Below the pieces are notes generated by a model, which worked only from the letters and a program-made list of their open reading frames with translations, was not told the DNA's origin and did not search any database. Below are positions 26,133-40,076 of a stretch of 64,000 nucleotides of DNA, in pieces. Each line of letters begins with the position of its first letter. Position 1 is the stretch's first letter. The stretch is from Saccostrea echinata (lineage: Eukaryota): assembly GCF_033153115.1 (NCBI RefSeq), contig NW_026889774.1, positions 28,148,001-28,212,000 on the forward strand, given 5' to 3'. Position numbers and translations under genes: made by a program.

Positions 26133-29100
26133 ATGGACAGGTAATTCCTAAGAATAGAACATTACTCTTGACCACTACCGCCTACCTGGTATAAAACTTT
26201 TGGGGAAGTATTTAGGATGGCAGAAGGAGGTGTGACAGATTTCAGCGAACAAGATCAGCAACAGAAGTTTTCTAACATGGAGACAGAGGTGAAACAGGAG
26301 AAAATTCCAGAGGAATCTGCAGGAAAGGCCGAAGGTCAAGACGAAGGCTTGTCAGAGTTCTTGGAGAGGACAAAATGGTATTTTATCTTCAGAAACATAA
26401 ATCTAATTTTGAAAGGTCTATTTTATTTTATTCGAACAGTCTGCAATATACTGCTAGATTTTAAAATCAAATGTTTTTTTTAAATTGTAAAGATTAGAAT
26501 AATGTTCTTTAATTAAAGCCATAAATATGTAAAAACAACCCACAGCGGCAAGTGTCAATGGCTTTTTCAAACCAGCTGTATAACAAATACAGTGTCATAC
26601 TGATGGATAGGCTATTGAAATACTGATCCATTCATTGAATATGCAATATTCAAAATTTTAACCTTTATTTGCAGCTATAGTGATGATAATTACTTAACAG
26701 CCAGAATTAAGACTTTAATATGATATGCATTTGTTTTCAGTAATTTATTAAATTTGTATGCTTTGCAGCGATCGAATGTATGAGCTTCGTCAGATTCAGT
26801 ATGGAGAAAGGCCTGTTACCAGTACCGGTAGAAAGAATGTCATTGACAGCTTCTTCGCCAAGCACATGCAAGCTCAGGAAGCTAAGCTAGAGTCTGGAAA
26901 AGAAAATGTTCCCGTTAATGTGGAAAATGTTGATGAAATCCGCCCAGAGACAGTGGTAGTAGAAATTCAGGGCTTGGTAGAGCAGCAGAGGGTCTCTAAT
27001 GTGCTGGGCACTGCATTCAGAAGGCGGCTCGAAAACATCATCCGTGGTACAATCTCAAATGTTTCTCGGGGCCCCAGGGCTTCCCCTCAACCCACTACAT
27101 CTCACAGCAGCACTCCACAACCATCCCCCAACAGTACAAATAACACAACACCCCACAGTTTGTCTCGAGATGGAACACCATCTGTTGTTGCGACCCCAAA
27201 CAGTCTTTCAAGAGAGAGTACGCCGATGGAAGCAGAGATACAAAATATACCAAGGCCTGTGGAACAACTTCAACATGAAGAACGCAGTAGAAGCAACAGC
27301 ATCACAAGTGCAAGAAGTGGATTCTCCACACACAGCACAACAAACTCAAGTGGATCATCCACTCGCAGTAAGATTTATAGAAAATTTTATATAGCAGTGT
27401 CAATTTTAAGGAATTGAATGTATTAAATTTTTTATCTACTCGTATTTACATTTACTTTTAGTTCAAGAATTATACAATAAATCTGATTTGATTTTATTTA
27501 CTTTCAGCTAATGAGAATGAAAGTCTTCCACAGCCTTCTGTCAATAACTCACAGGAGAATCAGTGAGTACTAGAGTACAAGATAATTAATCTGCATATTC
27601 TGAATTTCATTATACATCAGTCACCTTGAAACTACATTACATATAAATACTTCATGGAATATTAGTGCAGCTATTTTTCAGTATGGATATATAATGAAAA
27701 AATATTTTCCTCAGATGAATTAAGGTTGCAATTAAACACTAAAATTAAGGAAATTGTATTTTAAAGAATTTTTTTCTTAATTATAAACAATATTTTATAT
27801 TCTTATTCAATTTGAAACGTGTACTAATGTGAAATGTATTAAACTTTTTTTTTTTTTTTGCCCCTTTGAAGCGTTAATCTAGGTAACATCCCAGAGCATG
27901 TGATGGAGGAAATGCAACAAGAGGAGTTCATCCAGGAGATCAGTGAGCTGGTTCACCGTCAACTGGTTACCTCCACGCTACAAGGAAACTTCCGAACCAC
28001 TCTAGAACTCACCATGAGGGTACGTAATTCATGCCTCATAAAATTCCTATCTGTATGAAACTTGTCACATTGAAAGACTTGTCTTTCTTTTTGTGCCATC
28101 AAGTAGATCTTGCTTTGCTAAAACCACTTCTAATGTGATTTAACCATAAAATATGAATGTTCAACAGACAACAATTAGTATAAAAATATTTTTAAAAAGA
28201 ATACATCAGACTATTAAAGTAAAGTAGACATAAAAATATACTAGTATCCTTTAAAATTAATTTTATCAGTAGGGTGATCTCTCGGATGAATAGAATTATG
28301 CTGCAGGAAGTTTTTATGACATATATTAATTTACATAGTTGCTTTTTTTAGGATCATATGAGAAGCACAGACTCTGATGGCCAGAGGGTACAGGAGTTTA
28401 TACAATCCCTCCAACCTACACAGCCAATCATACGCAACGACTTCTCTCACCTGGGAATTCCCCTTAATAACCAGGATAATCTGGACAATATCTCGGTGAC
28501 CAGCGTCAGTGCTCAGGCTGTGCCTTACACACAGGTAACACTTATAAGGATCCATGTAATGATCTGTTATTGAAGTTTGAAAACTTGGGCAATGGTTGAG
28601 GTTTAGTGCTCTATTTAATTAATTAAAATCATTAAGTTGCTAATATTAAACATGAAGTCAATCTGACAGTATCAAATATTACTTTGAAAAACAGATACAA
28701 ACATTTAAAAATCTTCATTTATTGACCCGTGTGATAAGAAGCATAAGTTTATGAAGTAACTGAATGTGCACCTTTTTCTTTAAAACTGGCACTGGAAATA
28801 AAGAAAACCAAGTCATTGTTGTTACTGTTTTAAAGACTATATAAATAAAACATTTTTATTTGTCCATGTAAAAGACAATTTGTGTGTTGATTTTCAAATG
28901 TTTCATTTTATCAGTCCAACATGTACCTGAGCCGAGAAATGGCCAGTCTCAAAGCCCAGGTAGAGGAGATGAAGAACATGCTTAAGGTCAGCTTTGACCT
29001 TCAATTGGACATCCAGAGAGCCATTAGACAGGAAGTGGCCGCAGCCATGTCTGAAAAGTCAGGTCAGTTAATAAAGCTCATTACTGCTCCTCTTAATCCC

Positions 29101-29669
29101 TGGAGGCTAAAATTTTTTGAAGAAATATACAGTCTTTGTTGATTGGTCTGACCTATCCAAGAGAAGGAAAGAAATTAAGGGGGGGGGGGGGGTGGATGTG
29201 GAAGTTCAATTTGTGGCCATCAAAAGTGAAAAAAAGTTTTTTTTTACAGGTACATTTATATTAATTTTTATTCATGACCAATTATGCTGTCTTTTTTTTT
29301 TTTAACTGACTGAGATGCTTTAAAAAGAATTTATTTTCACTTCCTTTTATGATGTAAAAATACAACTATGCACCTTATGGTACTACATGTACTATTCGAA
29401 GAAGTATCAATTGTTCTAATTAATAATTAACCAAATATTTTGTAGATGGAACTCGTGAGACAGCAACCTCCCGACAGTCTCGTCCAGTCAACGACTCGCA
29501 CTGTCTCATCTGTCTGGACAAATTCTCGGACTCGGTTCTCTACCAGTGTGGTCACATGTGCGTTTGTTACGGCTGTGGGCGACAGCTGATGTCCCGTGGC
29601 TCTAAATGTCCTGTGTGCCGAGCTCCCATCAAAGATATCATCCGAGCCTACAGATGTAACTTTGAGTAG
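26133..29669 (+). CDS. RING-HC (C3HC4, zf-C3HC4_3 type) E3 ubiquitin ligase-like protein, ~508 aa
   Basis: Exons 26133-26140, 26216-26377, 26769-27367, 27508-27562, 27872-28019, 28352-28534, 28915-29062, 29446-29669; GT-AG, 1527 nt in frame (start may instead be ATG 26217). C-terminal CLICLDKFSDSVLYQCGHMCVCYGCGRQLMSRGSKCPVCRAPIKDIIRAY; coiled coil LQLDIQRAIRQEVAAAM; S/T/P-rich middle. Confidence 0.9.
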
Positions 29670-30537
29670 AAACAACGAACAGTAGAGTTGTTCCGTGCCA
29701 AAACTGGGGAAGTGTGGCAATGGACTTAATTGTCCAGCTAACACTTTAAAATTATAGCACCATCCATTTGTATATATAACAGCTTGAACATCATGTTCTC
29801 ACAGATGTAGCATTGTACACATTAGATTGAAGTTTAACTGAAAGTGTGGAGCCATATTTACATTGCCTTTCACTTCTGATATAGTGTGCATACTGATGCA
29901 TTGTGCTTGGTTAGCAAACTGACTGTTTGATAAATGAATAATCTTGGCTAGTGTTTGCCCCTAAGTGCTATAAATAATGACCTAATATTAAAAAAAACAA
30001 TGTTTGACAAGGGAGTTTAAACCCCCTTCATTCTTAAGTACTAATACACAGGCTGAGTTTGTTGTGAATCATGTTTTTAGTTTGCATGATGAGTACATCT
30101 TTGCTGATAACAGTGGAAGTTTAAAAATCAGATACTTAGCATTTTTATATCATATTGCATTTCACATATTTAAACCATCACAAATAGTCAGAATTTTGCC
30201 ATGTTGAATTTGACTGTTTTCACATGATTACACTCCAAAGAAGATGGTTTGTTGTTGACAATACAAGAATCATGTTGCTACTGTTTTTTTTTAAGATTTC
30301 ATTATTTTTTATATATATTATATACTTTCTTTGTAAGACATGTGCAATATTAATGTTTTAATGAAATCATGTTTCCGTTTAATAGTTTTTTGATATAGAG
30401 CAGAAATAGATGCTAATTTTAATCAAACTCATGGTTGATTAAATTCTTATGTTAAGAATAAAATATCACTATTCAATAAATGTTGTTTATTTGATTGATA
30501 TTCAATCTTTGTGAAACATTCTTGGATGGGGGAAAAT

Positions 30538-32372
30538 TCTTAAACTTTTCTGTTGATTGGGCAGTGGTATATCCTTTAACCTTTTGGTTGATTAGGTAGT
30601 TTTAACCTTTCTGTCGATTAGGTAATGAGATAAACTTTAACCTTTCTGGTGATTAGGCAGTGATATATCCTTCAACCTTTCTGTTCACTGAGTAGTGATA
30701 TACCAGTATCCTTTTACCTTGGTTTCCGTTGATTAGGTAGTGATGTATCCTTTAATCTTTCTGTTGATAAGTTACATGTAGTAATGTATCCTCTAACTTT
30801 CAGTTGATTAGATAGTGATATGTCTTTTAAACTGTCTGTTAAATAAGGTAGTTATATGTTCTTTAATATTTCTGTTAATTAGGTAGTGATGTATCCTTTA
30901 ATTATTCTGCTTGCAGTGGCGGATCCAGAAGTTCATGTGGGGGGGGGGGGGTTTGAGGCCCGTAGGGCCGAAGGGGGAGGGCATGGGAGGGGGTGTCCCC
31001 CTCCCATAGGTGGGGGTTTGGGGGGCGTCCCCGAGAATTTTTTTTTAAATGGCTCCAAGTGGTGCATTTTCCAGCATTTTAGATTGAATTTCTTAGTTTT
31101 TCGCCACTAGTTTTTCAAGACCGACCTACCCAAATTTTCAGGAATTTTAACAAAAAATGAAAATTTTGGGATTAATTTTTAACTTCCATATAAACATGAA
31201 AAATGAGACTTTTCCAAAAAAAAAAAATGTAAAATCTGATAAAATAAGAAATATTGCCATTTGATATTTAATATCCAATTCTTCATTTTAAAATGCACGT
31301 CTAATGTGTCGCATGTGAAGCCCTGATTACCAAAATACAACTGATGTGCAGTTTCCCATGCAACACTTAGAACAATTTCGATTCTGTGTAGAAACCCTAG
31401 TTACTTTTTTTCAACTACTTAACTATACTGTTCATATAATTTGCAATATAAACAAATCATGATATTTCATATTGAAGACTAAATATAAATTATTTTGGGA
31501 AAATGTTGGAATTATTGCTTATTGCTCTGGGGGGGGGGGGGGGATTATAATGTTAGAAATGCACTCTTTAATTCTATTTTTTTACTCACAGGACCTCTAC
31601 TTTATACATATCAGTTTTACCAAAATTCATTATACGAAGTTGTAACCATTAGTTGGGTTTTATCAAACATCATTGAATTGTAATTTTAAAAAACAATTGC
31701 ATTTTTGCTTTTTGAAAAATTGCATTGTAACTTCCATCTACAACGGAACACTTTCAATGTGCTTTTTGGTACAGATCACAACGTAAACAACTGACTCTTC
31801 CAGTAGTTATGTCATGAAAATATTGTATCAGGGACGTTTATACCATAGTATTAATTACTATATGTAATGTATTAATTAATTTTTTTGTAAATAATGATAA
31901 TAATCATAGTTTATTCACGTAGTTCAATAAAGTTACATTCAATTATCGAAGAAAGAAAATTCTTGAAAGAATATTACTTCAGCAATGCCAAAACAATACC
32001 GTAATAACTATGTGCAGTTTTGGTTGTTAGTGTATGACCCTGTGTCATCACAACTGCACGGACTATCACAATCTCTGTACTGTTGATTACCTGTGTATTG
32101 TGTGCGCTCAAGCGGAAAGGGCTGTATATTTCACCTCTTTGTTTAAAACAATGGGCTTGGTTAGAGTCTCATTTATGAAAGATATTGTTAAAATGACACG
32201 TAAAAAAATTTTTTTTTGATTGGGCGGGGGTTTTTTCCCGAAACCCCCCCCCCCAAACCCCCCTGAATCCGCCACTGGCTTATTAGGTAATTTAAATGAT
32301 ATATCCTTTAACCTCTCTGTTAATTAGGTAATGAGAATACTTAAACTTTTCTATAGATTAGGTAGTGATATG
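30538..32372. repeat. ~36-bp minisatellite split by a transposon (30538-30913 and 32278-32372)
   Basis: CCTTTAACCTTTCTGTTGATTAGGTAGTGATATAT-like units on both sides of the insertion. Confidence 0.75.
30914..32277. mobile_element. Non-autonomous DNA transposon, CAGTGGCGGAT TIRs
   Basis: CAGTGGCGGATCCAG...CTGAATCCGCCACTG; flanks GCTTG/GCTTA (imperfect 5-bp TSD); interrupts a minisatellite. Confidence 0.8.
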
Positions 32373-33335
32373 ATGGTAATGATAAGTTTTACACTTAAAT
32401 CTGGTACTGCATAATACATGTATATGACCTGTAACCTTAAGGCTCACGACTAGGATAAGCAGACCAAGTAGGCCTACTTAGCAGATTAAGTTTTCCAGAG
32501 ACACTATAGCCATGCTCACAAATTAGTTCTATAAAAAGTTGCCACCTTCATTTCTATTTTAACCATGGACAATTATATGCACCAAAAAGATTGGGCATCC
32601 ATGGTATTATATTGTGTCATACACTACAAAATAGTTAGTATGACAGACATAGAAAACAAGGTGTATAATTATAATTGAAAATGTAATATTTTCCAAGTTC
32701 TTTTGTCAATGTGAGGTTTGGTCCCTCCATTTCCTGACATCTGTAATTGGTTGGCAATATTTATTTAGCTCATGGCCAAGACTTTTAGTGCAATTTTCAT
32801 TTGGTCAAGATTAGTCAAACAGCTGCTTGCTTAATATTCCTTTACTTTAAATCACAACCAGGAATTGTAGCAAAACTCCAAAAATCCCTGAAAATAATAA
32901 AATATAAGTCATTATTTTCCTTGTAAATTATTTATTTTCAACCAAGGAGTATATTACACAACAAATATATGTGCATTATAATATCAACAATGTTCGAATG
33001 TATTAATTATCATGAATATTTCTTGTAACTTGTAACCAATCTCTCTAATGTGACTTACCACAGATACTGAATGGATTTATTTGCCTGGCTCCATTATTAG
33101 TTGAGGCTAAAATGATAAAGAAGTAAAGGAAATAAGTAAACTCCTTCCAGATTTATTTTTGTATTTAAACATCAAAAAAGGCAAAATGTATATTAGACTA
33201 AAAAAATCAAATTTAACTGAAATAGTACTTTCTTATATTGTGACTATTTTACTATAGAACAAAACATATAAGCTTTGTTACTTCTTTTACATTAAACACG
33301 AGGTGACTATGATATTAGCAGGTTCAGGTGAAGGG

Positions 33336-33408
33336 CATTCGGCAAACCTCGGCTGATTCCGTCACCTTCATCAAGATGAGGTACGAATCGGCCGAGGCGT
33401 GCCGAGTG
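33336..33408. mobile_element. 73-bp hairpin MITE, 10-bp TSD
   Basis: CATTCGGCA...TGCCGAGTG with AGGTGAAGGG on both sides. Confidence 0.8.
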
Positions 33409-33575
33409 AGGTGAAGGGCATCACAAAACTATAGTCCTTCAATATATAAATCTTGTTTCAAATCAATTTTTGAGTGTATTTTGATATAAGAAGTTCTGGC
33501 CAAGTTTTTCTCAAAAGTTGACATACGTAATTATACCTTATACATGTTATACTATGAATACAGGCACTTGTTCCG

Positions 33576-33648
33576 TATAAATGTAGGATAAAACCAGAGA
33601 CCTCAGAATGGAAAACTCGGAAGTTTCTGGTTTTATCCTACATTTATA
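33576..33648. repeat. TA-flanked inverted repeat (hairpin MITE remnant)
   Basis: TATAAATGTAGGATAAAACCAGA...TCTGGTTTTATCCTACATTTATA. Confidence 0.75.
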
Positions 33649-34024
33649 ACCCCAACTGGAAGTTTTGTATCCCGTCTAGAGTCTTAAAAATTAATCGAGG
33701 TAATTTTCGAGGAATAAATGAGTGGTTTACAATTAAGAGGCACGACCAGAGATGTCTGAAACGATTTATTTGACAAGAAAAAAGTCTCTCGAAGCGAACG
33801 ATGTCATTTTAAAGTAAGTAAATGATAGATATATTAACAAAATACGAGCTTGAAGCGGGGGTGCCTGAAATTGAGTTAGGTACCTTGTGGAAAGAAAAAG
33901 AAGGGGGTGACCCCATATACGAAACAAGTGCCTGTGACTATGACGTATATTTCTTCTCGCCATCACCTAAATGTACCCAACTGATAATCACCTTATACAC
34001 CCCCTCTCTGGGGTTGTGCATCTT

Positions 34025-37000
34025 TTAAATCAGAATAGCGAAAATTGAAAAAATAAAAAAAAAATTACATGAGCCCTCTGTTGTCCGCACTAAATTGATC
34101 TGGCCCGAGGTAGTCATGGCAGCGGCGGAACTTGATCTTGAAGGCTTTGATGACGTCAGAAGCCCTGTGGTGGTCATCATGGGAGTCTTTGATGACGTCA
34201 TAGACCCAGTGGTAGCCGATGCGGAAGTGGATGAGGAAGACAAAGGGGAATTCGATGTTATCTCAGCAACAGAATTTAAAGTATCTGGAATATAAAACCA
34301 AAAAAATCTAAATAGCGATCATAGATTAAAATTAGTTTAAAAAATTGAATAGTTATTACAGAGAGGAATAGCCAATACTTACAATTGCAGATGCTGCATA
34401 GATTTGGACAATAATACGGTACGTTACTAAATTGGGCACATGAAGCGGTGGTGAGTGAATCTGTACACCAGGAGATGTCCGGGATAAGGAGAGAGCAATT
34501 CACTGTTAAAAAGTCAAAATCACTGAGTGATGAATGGTTTAAAGTGTTGTTTGTATATATCTTATCGCTTACTTACAATGCTTAGCTACCCCATTCAAAT
34601 ATCGATAGTTCATATTAACTGTTTTATAAGAATGGTTACGATTTGCTGCAAATGAGTGATCCGAAACTGAGATATTTTATGACAGTTTGTCAACATTTCA
34701 GCCTCATGTAAAAAAAAACACCTTAATATTAGCTAGGCTTTTTCACAAAAGATACGAGCTATATGTACATAATACATCAAAGTACAATCCATTTCTGAAA
34801 CCCTTCATAATACATAGTATAAACTACTCACTTGCACAATTGTTGCCAACATAATAGGGCCTGTTTAAGGAACACCGGCAGGTGCATGTGTTAAGGTCCA
34901 AAACTCCATCATTTTCACAAATAATGCCCCCACAATCTGAAATAAATTATTTCATTCAAGCAAGGGCAAAGTAGCATGATAGTTCCTCAAATATTGGAGG
35001 AGTATGATGTTCACAAGTTTATCAAGGTCCATTACTCTACTTGATCCTGATCTTTGGCCTTTCCAACACAACCCATTTATGTCAAGTATGAGAATAAAGA
35101 ACTCATAGGTCACAGAGCGACTTTAAAATTTTTCAACCCATAGACAATAATGTTACTGCCATTGGCATTTAATTTTCAACCTTTTGACACTAAAAAAATG
35201 TTGTTGTTTTTTTCTGCTTTTGTAAGAGGCTTCAAAATTACAATAATTTTAATATGTGCCATAAACATTTTTTAAACCCATTTCGGTTTTTTGACCTTGA
35301 CTATTGATCATTTGAACCTAAAAAACATTAGCTTTCTTCCTCTATCCATTTTTTGCGTACATGTATCAAGCATAGCATGAGACAAAAAATAAATAAAAAA
35401 TCAAAATTACAACCCTGCTTTTTAAATAGTATCCACGTCATTGTTCACACATTAATCATTGTATGTGACTCTTTAAGTCTTTTGACTCCTAAAATCTAAA
35501 GAATTCTTCATAATGTTATTAATTAAGCTTCTTTGCGACGGGTATTTTTTTTATTGATAAAATTTTAAATAATTATTTGCATAAAGTCAAATTGTGCGTG
35601 CCAGATTATAACTACTTGTCACCAACTTTGACCTTGACGTTTTATATTTCGATCCTTTTGTTTATGCGTCTTACCTAGCATCTCTCACACTTATACCATT
35701 CAATTAACTGCAAAGAAGGCTGAAAGTCTACTGAAAGGCGAAAGAATGATTCAGTCACATTTCAGTAAACTTTCAGTGACCATTCAGTTGAATGAATAAT
35801 TTAGGTTCATCCTGTGTCTATAGCAATCATAACACTGAAAAGTCAATTGACATTTTTTTTTTTTTTATAAAAGTCAATTGACATTTTTTTTTATATGATG
35901 CCAACCATTATGCTAAACTGACGTACATGATGTTTACGGGTAGTTTATTAAATTCTCATGTAATGATAATCATGCAAAAAGTTGTTTCTTCTGAATATCA
36001 CAATCTTAGATATCATTATCTTTGTCTACGAATCTCAATACATGTATACTTTATTAATATTTCTGGACAAAATTGGTACCGACACTTAGATCTTCTGAGA
36101 ATGAAACATTTGAAACATTATTTTTACTGATCAGTTAGTTATAATTTTACCATAAAAACTTTCTCATGCTAAGAAAATTGGAGAACAAACGGCGAAAAAT
36201 CATATTTGTGCATAAAATTAAAGTTATAATTATAATAAAAGGACTTATTTCTGGTCTTATCATGTTCACAGATTTCTGCATCATTAAAATTTTCAGTACA
36301 CATGTACTTACCACAAAGATTGTTTTCACATCGAGACTGACAGTCACCACAGCTGGTGCCATTTTTATACGGAAGGTCTCGATTGCTGTTTCCTCTGTGG
36401 TAAGAAAATCATGCACGTTACAGAAGATGTGTTTAAAAAAAATCAAACTTAGTTTCAGTACTGTATAGGTTAGAATTGTTATTTTTGTACTCCAATCAGT
36501 TCTACTAAAAAGATCAAGTTTCAGTGATCTATTTATGTTTAATAAAAAAAAACGAACTTCAGAAAATGAGAAGATTGTTCCTTCAATGAATAATAAATTC
36601 ATTGATAAAAACACAATCAAATTTAGTACCGCGCTGTACTCATCGGAACAAATGTACTAAATATCTGGTCAAAGCAGACAACAAAATGATTAGAAAGTCG
36701 GTGTGCCCCAAAGATGTTTCAAAGGCAACAGGGCTACCCCCTAGGCATCCTCACTACGTCAAGGGTCCATTCATCCACTGGGTCCACTCGTGGGTGTGGT
36801 GTCTCGTCCAAGAGAGGACTCAGGACCCATGAAGTTGCCCCCAGGACTCATGAAGTTGCCCCTGCCCCCTCCCCCCCCCCCCCCCCCCCCGCGTTCTACG
36901 AGCCTGCAGTAGACGTAGACTAGAGAAACAGGTAAATCCACTTATAAACGTCATACATATATATTATATACCATACTTACGCTGGGGAATAGTTACACAC

Positions 37001-40000
37001 ATAGTAATGTACAGCATTTGTCTGACAGTAGGCGTAACCACATCCCACTTTGATGGAAGACGACCACACGACCTGCAGGACAGATAAATTATTTTAAAAT
37101 AGCTAATAAAATAAACACAAGGCCTGTAGACCGTAGCGCTTACCTTCAACAACTGTTCCAGTTACGAACATCGTGTGTTATCAGTGCATTTGACACACTT
37201 GACAGACACTGCATGCATTTTAAATACTTATCTTTCGATTGGGAAAAGATTTTGTACAATATTAATTTTGTTTTAATTTATTGGAAAAAAGATTGTGGGA
37301 AAGGGATGCATAACCTGGTAGATATGTTCAAGTCATTGGTTATTTTCTTTTCACAATAATTAAAATCATATGTTTACGGTTTCTTTGATGTAATAGTTCA
37401 ATATATAGTTATATTAACCTGCGTGTAATGCCCAATTTCTGCCGTATTAGGTCCTCCAAACGTGAATTTAGAGACCTCGCTGTGCCACAGGTAGACAGTG
37501 GTATTCCAAGTCATTCTGCCTCCTCCCCAAGCCAAATTCTGTCCAGAAGAAAATCGCCCTGAAATACATCTTTATTATTGATCTACAGGTGTGATCAGTG
37601 TTCAGTACCCCTCCTCTAAAAATTTTTACTGAAATAAAAAATACATAGTATTGTAGCAGATCAAAGTTAATTTTAATCCTCCCTCCGCCCCTTCCCCTTG
37701 AAAGGCGGTCCCCTGCTGGTAAGTCTAAAACTCAAAGTTTGAATGTAGAACGGCAAATAATGATATATTTTATACTTGTATAGATCTATAATTTAAGAGA
37801 ATTGTTTTATTGAAACTTTTTTTTAGCAGAAAATTTTCTGTAGATACTGGTATACCCCCTTGTTCAGCCCTGCACTTAGTATGAATAAAACCGTGTCTTT
37901 TTTCAATTTGACTTTTACCACGTACCTGGAATTCGTCTTTGATAATTCCCGTCATGATTAAGCACGCAGTTTTCTGCCCATTTTTGTGCCACTAACGCGA
38001 CATCGTCATCCCAGCTCTACCAATGGGAGAAGCTTCTTAATTAACATCATTTTTTTTGTGAGAAATTATGAATCCACATTAAATTTATTAAATTTATGAG
38101 AGAGAGAGAGAGAGAGAGAGTACATACATTTTTTTTTTTTTGCTAAGACAGTTTTATCTACATTGCATTCCATATTGCATACTGCGCATGATTAATTCAA
38201 GTTTACCCAGTAAAGCATCTTAAAAGAAATACGAAGAATGCAGTGCACTATTTTCCAAAATGGAAATATTTTAATTTTGAATTAAGAGAGGTAGAGGAAT
38301 TTGACTGGATTATGACTGCATCTTTACCATCTTCATCATATCTCTGGCAGGAGGATCGACCTGGGACCTTAGTAAATTGTGTACATCGACGATTTCTTTT
38401 TTCTCCGCCTCCGACACACCTGTGTAATTGTCAACAGTAAGTATAATTAATATCACCAGTAACATTAAATTTATGCTTTTAATTTTTAAAATTCATATCT
38501 CAGCATTCAAATATCATGCAGTTTACAATGTTTAAGGAAAATATTCGTGCATTGATAAAAATTACATGTATAACCTAAGACACAGAAAATACCAAAATGG
38601 GTCATGTGGGTATATAGATTAAATCATTGTTGAAGGAATCACTTTTGAGTGTTCTCTTTCTTTTTTTTTTCGAAGGTCTTTCTACCATAAGCACTTTTAG
38701 ATATGTTGCATGTAAGCTTAGATATGGTTTTTAACTTTTTACTGACAATATTAAAGGAAACTCACCACTGGCCCCAGCCTGGTCTGATCTATTGAGGCAT
38801 GCGCTGTGATTTTCTATTACTGTAAATCTGGGCTCACAGTTAGCCTGAAATAATGTTAATTTATGTCTTGATAGGAATCATACCACTTTGAATAGATTGT
38901 GTCTATACCAAAACTATTTATTATAATTACTATATATATCTTATAATTTCTAAACATCTTTCAGAATGTCTCCAAAGATTGAGATATCAGCAATTATATA
39001 GAGATTTCCAGTAGGATTACATATATATAGGAAATACAATCCTCTAGCGTGTGATAATATAGCCCTCTTCATGGGGGGGGGGGGGGGGGCATAAGATTAA
39101 AAATATCAGAGAGGACTACATTATTGCAGCTAACAATCTCCAGGAATCTTGCAGAAATGCCTGTAAATCTACCTTGTTTTATTTGTAATGCCTGTGAATC
39201 TACCTTGTTTTATTTGTAATGCCTGTAAATCTACCTTGTTTTATTTGTAATGCCTGTAAATCTACCTTGTTTTATTTGCGAAGAAACCTGTTTAAGTATA
39301 GCAATTTTTCAATCGTTTACGAAAATTACACATAATTGAGACACTTGTCATCAGACCTTAAAAATTGAACCACAAAAGAGATATCAAATGAATCCGAAAG
39401 AATAAATTTGGTAAGGCCCAATTATTGATAATAAATGTCCATGTAATGTAATATTTTTCTTATCTTTTTTAGCAGGACCGTAAAATTGTAACACAGTACT
39501 TAAAGTTAACAAGTACATGTATAATGATGTCAGGATAGGTGATTTATCCCGGACCTACATTTTTGTATTTACATCCAGTAAAAGGAGAGAAAATTATAGC
39601 AATGCCGACAATATATTAAAGAAAAAAATCGTGTGAGTATTTGAATGCTCAGTTACGGCATCATTCTTTAAACTGAAGCTTGTTTTGTATGTGACTTGCG
39701 ATATCCATCAATTAAGTCTACTATTGCATACATGTAAAATTAATATATATTGTTCTTACTGCAGAAAACTTACGTTAGCACTTCTTTTGTGTCTGTTGCC
39801 TTCAGTTAGGCAGAAAATTGCCAACACACCTGTTAATTTAATTTAAAAAATTAATAATTTATAGATATATTTTCTGTAAAAATCAAAAAAGTGAAAAAAA
39901 AATATTCTGTACCTAGCACTTAGCTTGAAAGATTTGCACGGCTTTACAAGGAAACTCGTCTAATATTGTATTAGCAGTAGTAATCTTACTTAGGCAGATA

Positions 40001-40017
40001 ATTTTCCAGGCACTCAT
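34025..40017 (-). CDS. CAP/SCP (CRISP-like) protein with EGF-like and ShK-like modules, Ser/Thr stalk and probable GPI signal, ~381 aa
   Basis: Exons 40017-39990, 39829-39774, 38844-38766, 38419-38328, 38016-37926, 37558-37419, 37072-36981, 36394-36312, 34936-34832, 34502-34383, 34284-34025; 1146 nt in frame. Signal peptide MSAWKIICLSVLAIFCLTEG; CAP motifs VHNLLR, GQNLA, GHYTQVVW, VGCG, YVCNYSPAGN. Confidence 0.92.
39156..39278. repeat. 4 x 31-bp tandem repeat (intronic)
   Basis: AATGCCTGTAAATCTACCTTGTTTTATTTGT units. Confidence 0.9.
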
Positions 40018-40076
40018 CTTATTTCTTCATTCATTAAATCCAGTGAGCTATTTAACTATTGATAATTTATAATTAT

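Noticed and set aside
36147-36620. 157-aa hydrophobic ORF
   Set aside because: Intronic read-through overlapping CAP exon 36394-36312 in another frame.
39913-39923. Micro-exon in the CAP gene
   Set aside because: The 11-nt version introduces a stop, and the signal peptide is complete without it.
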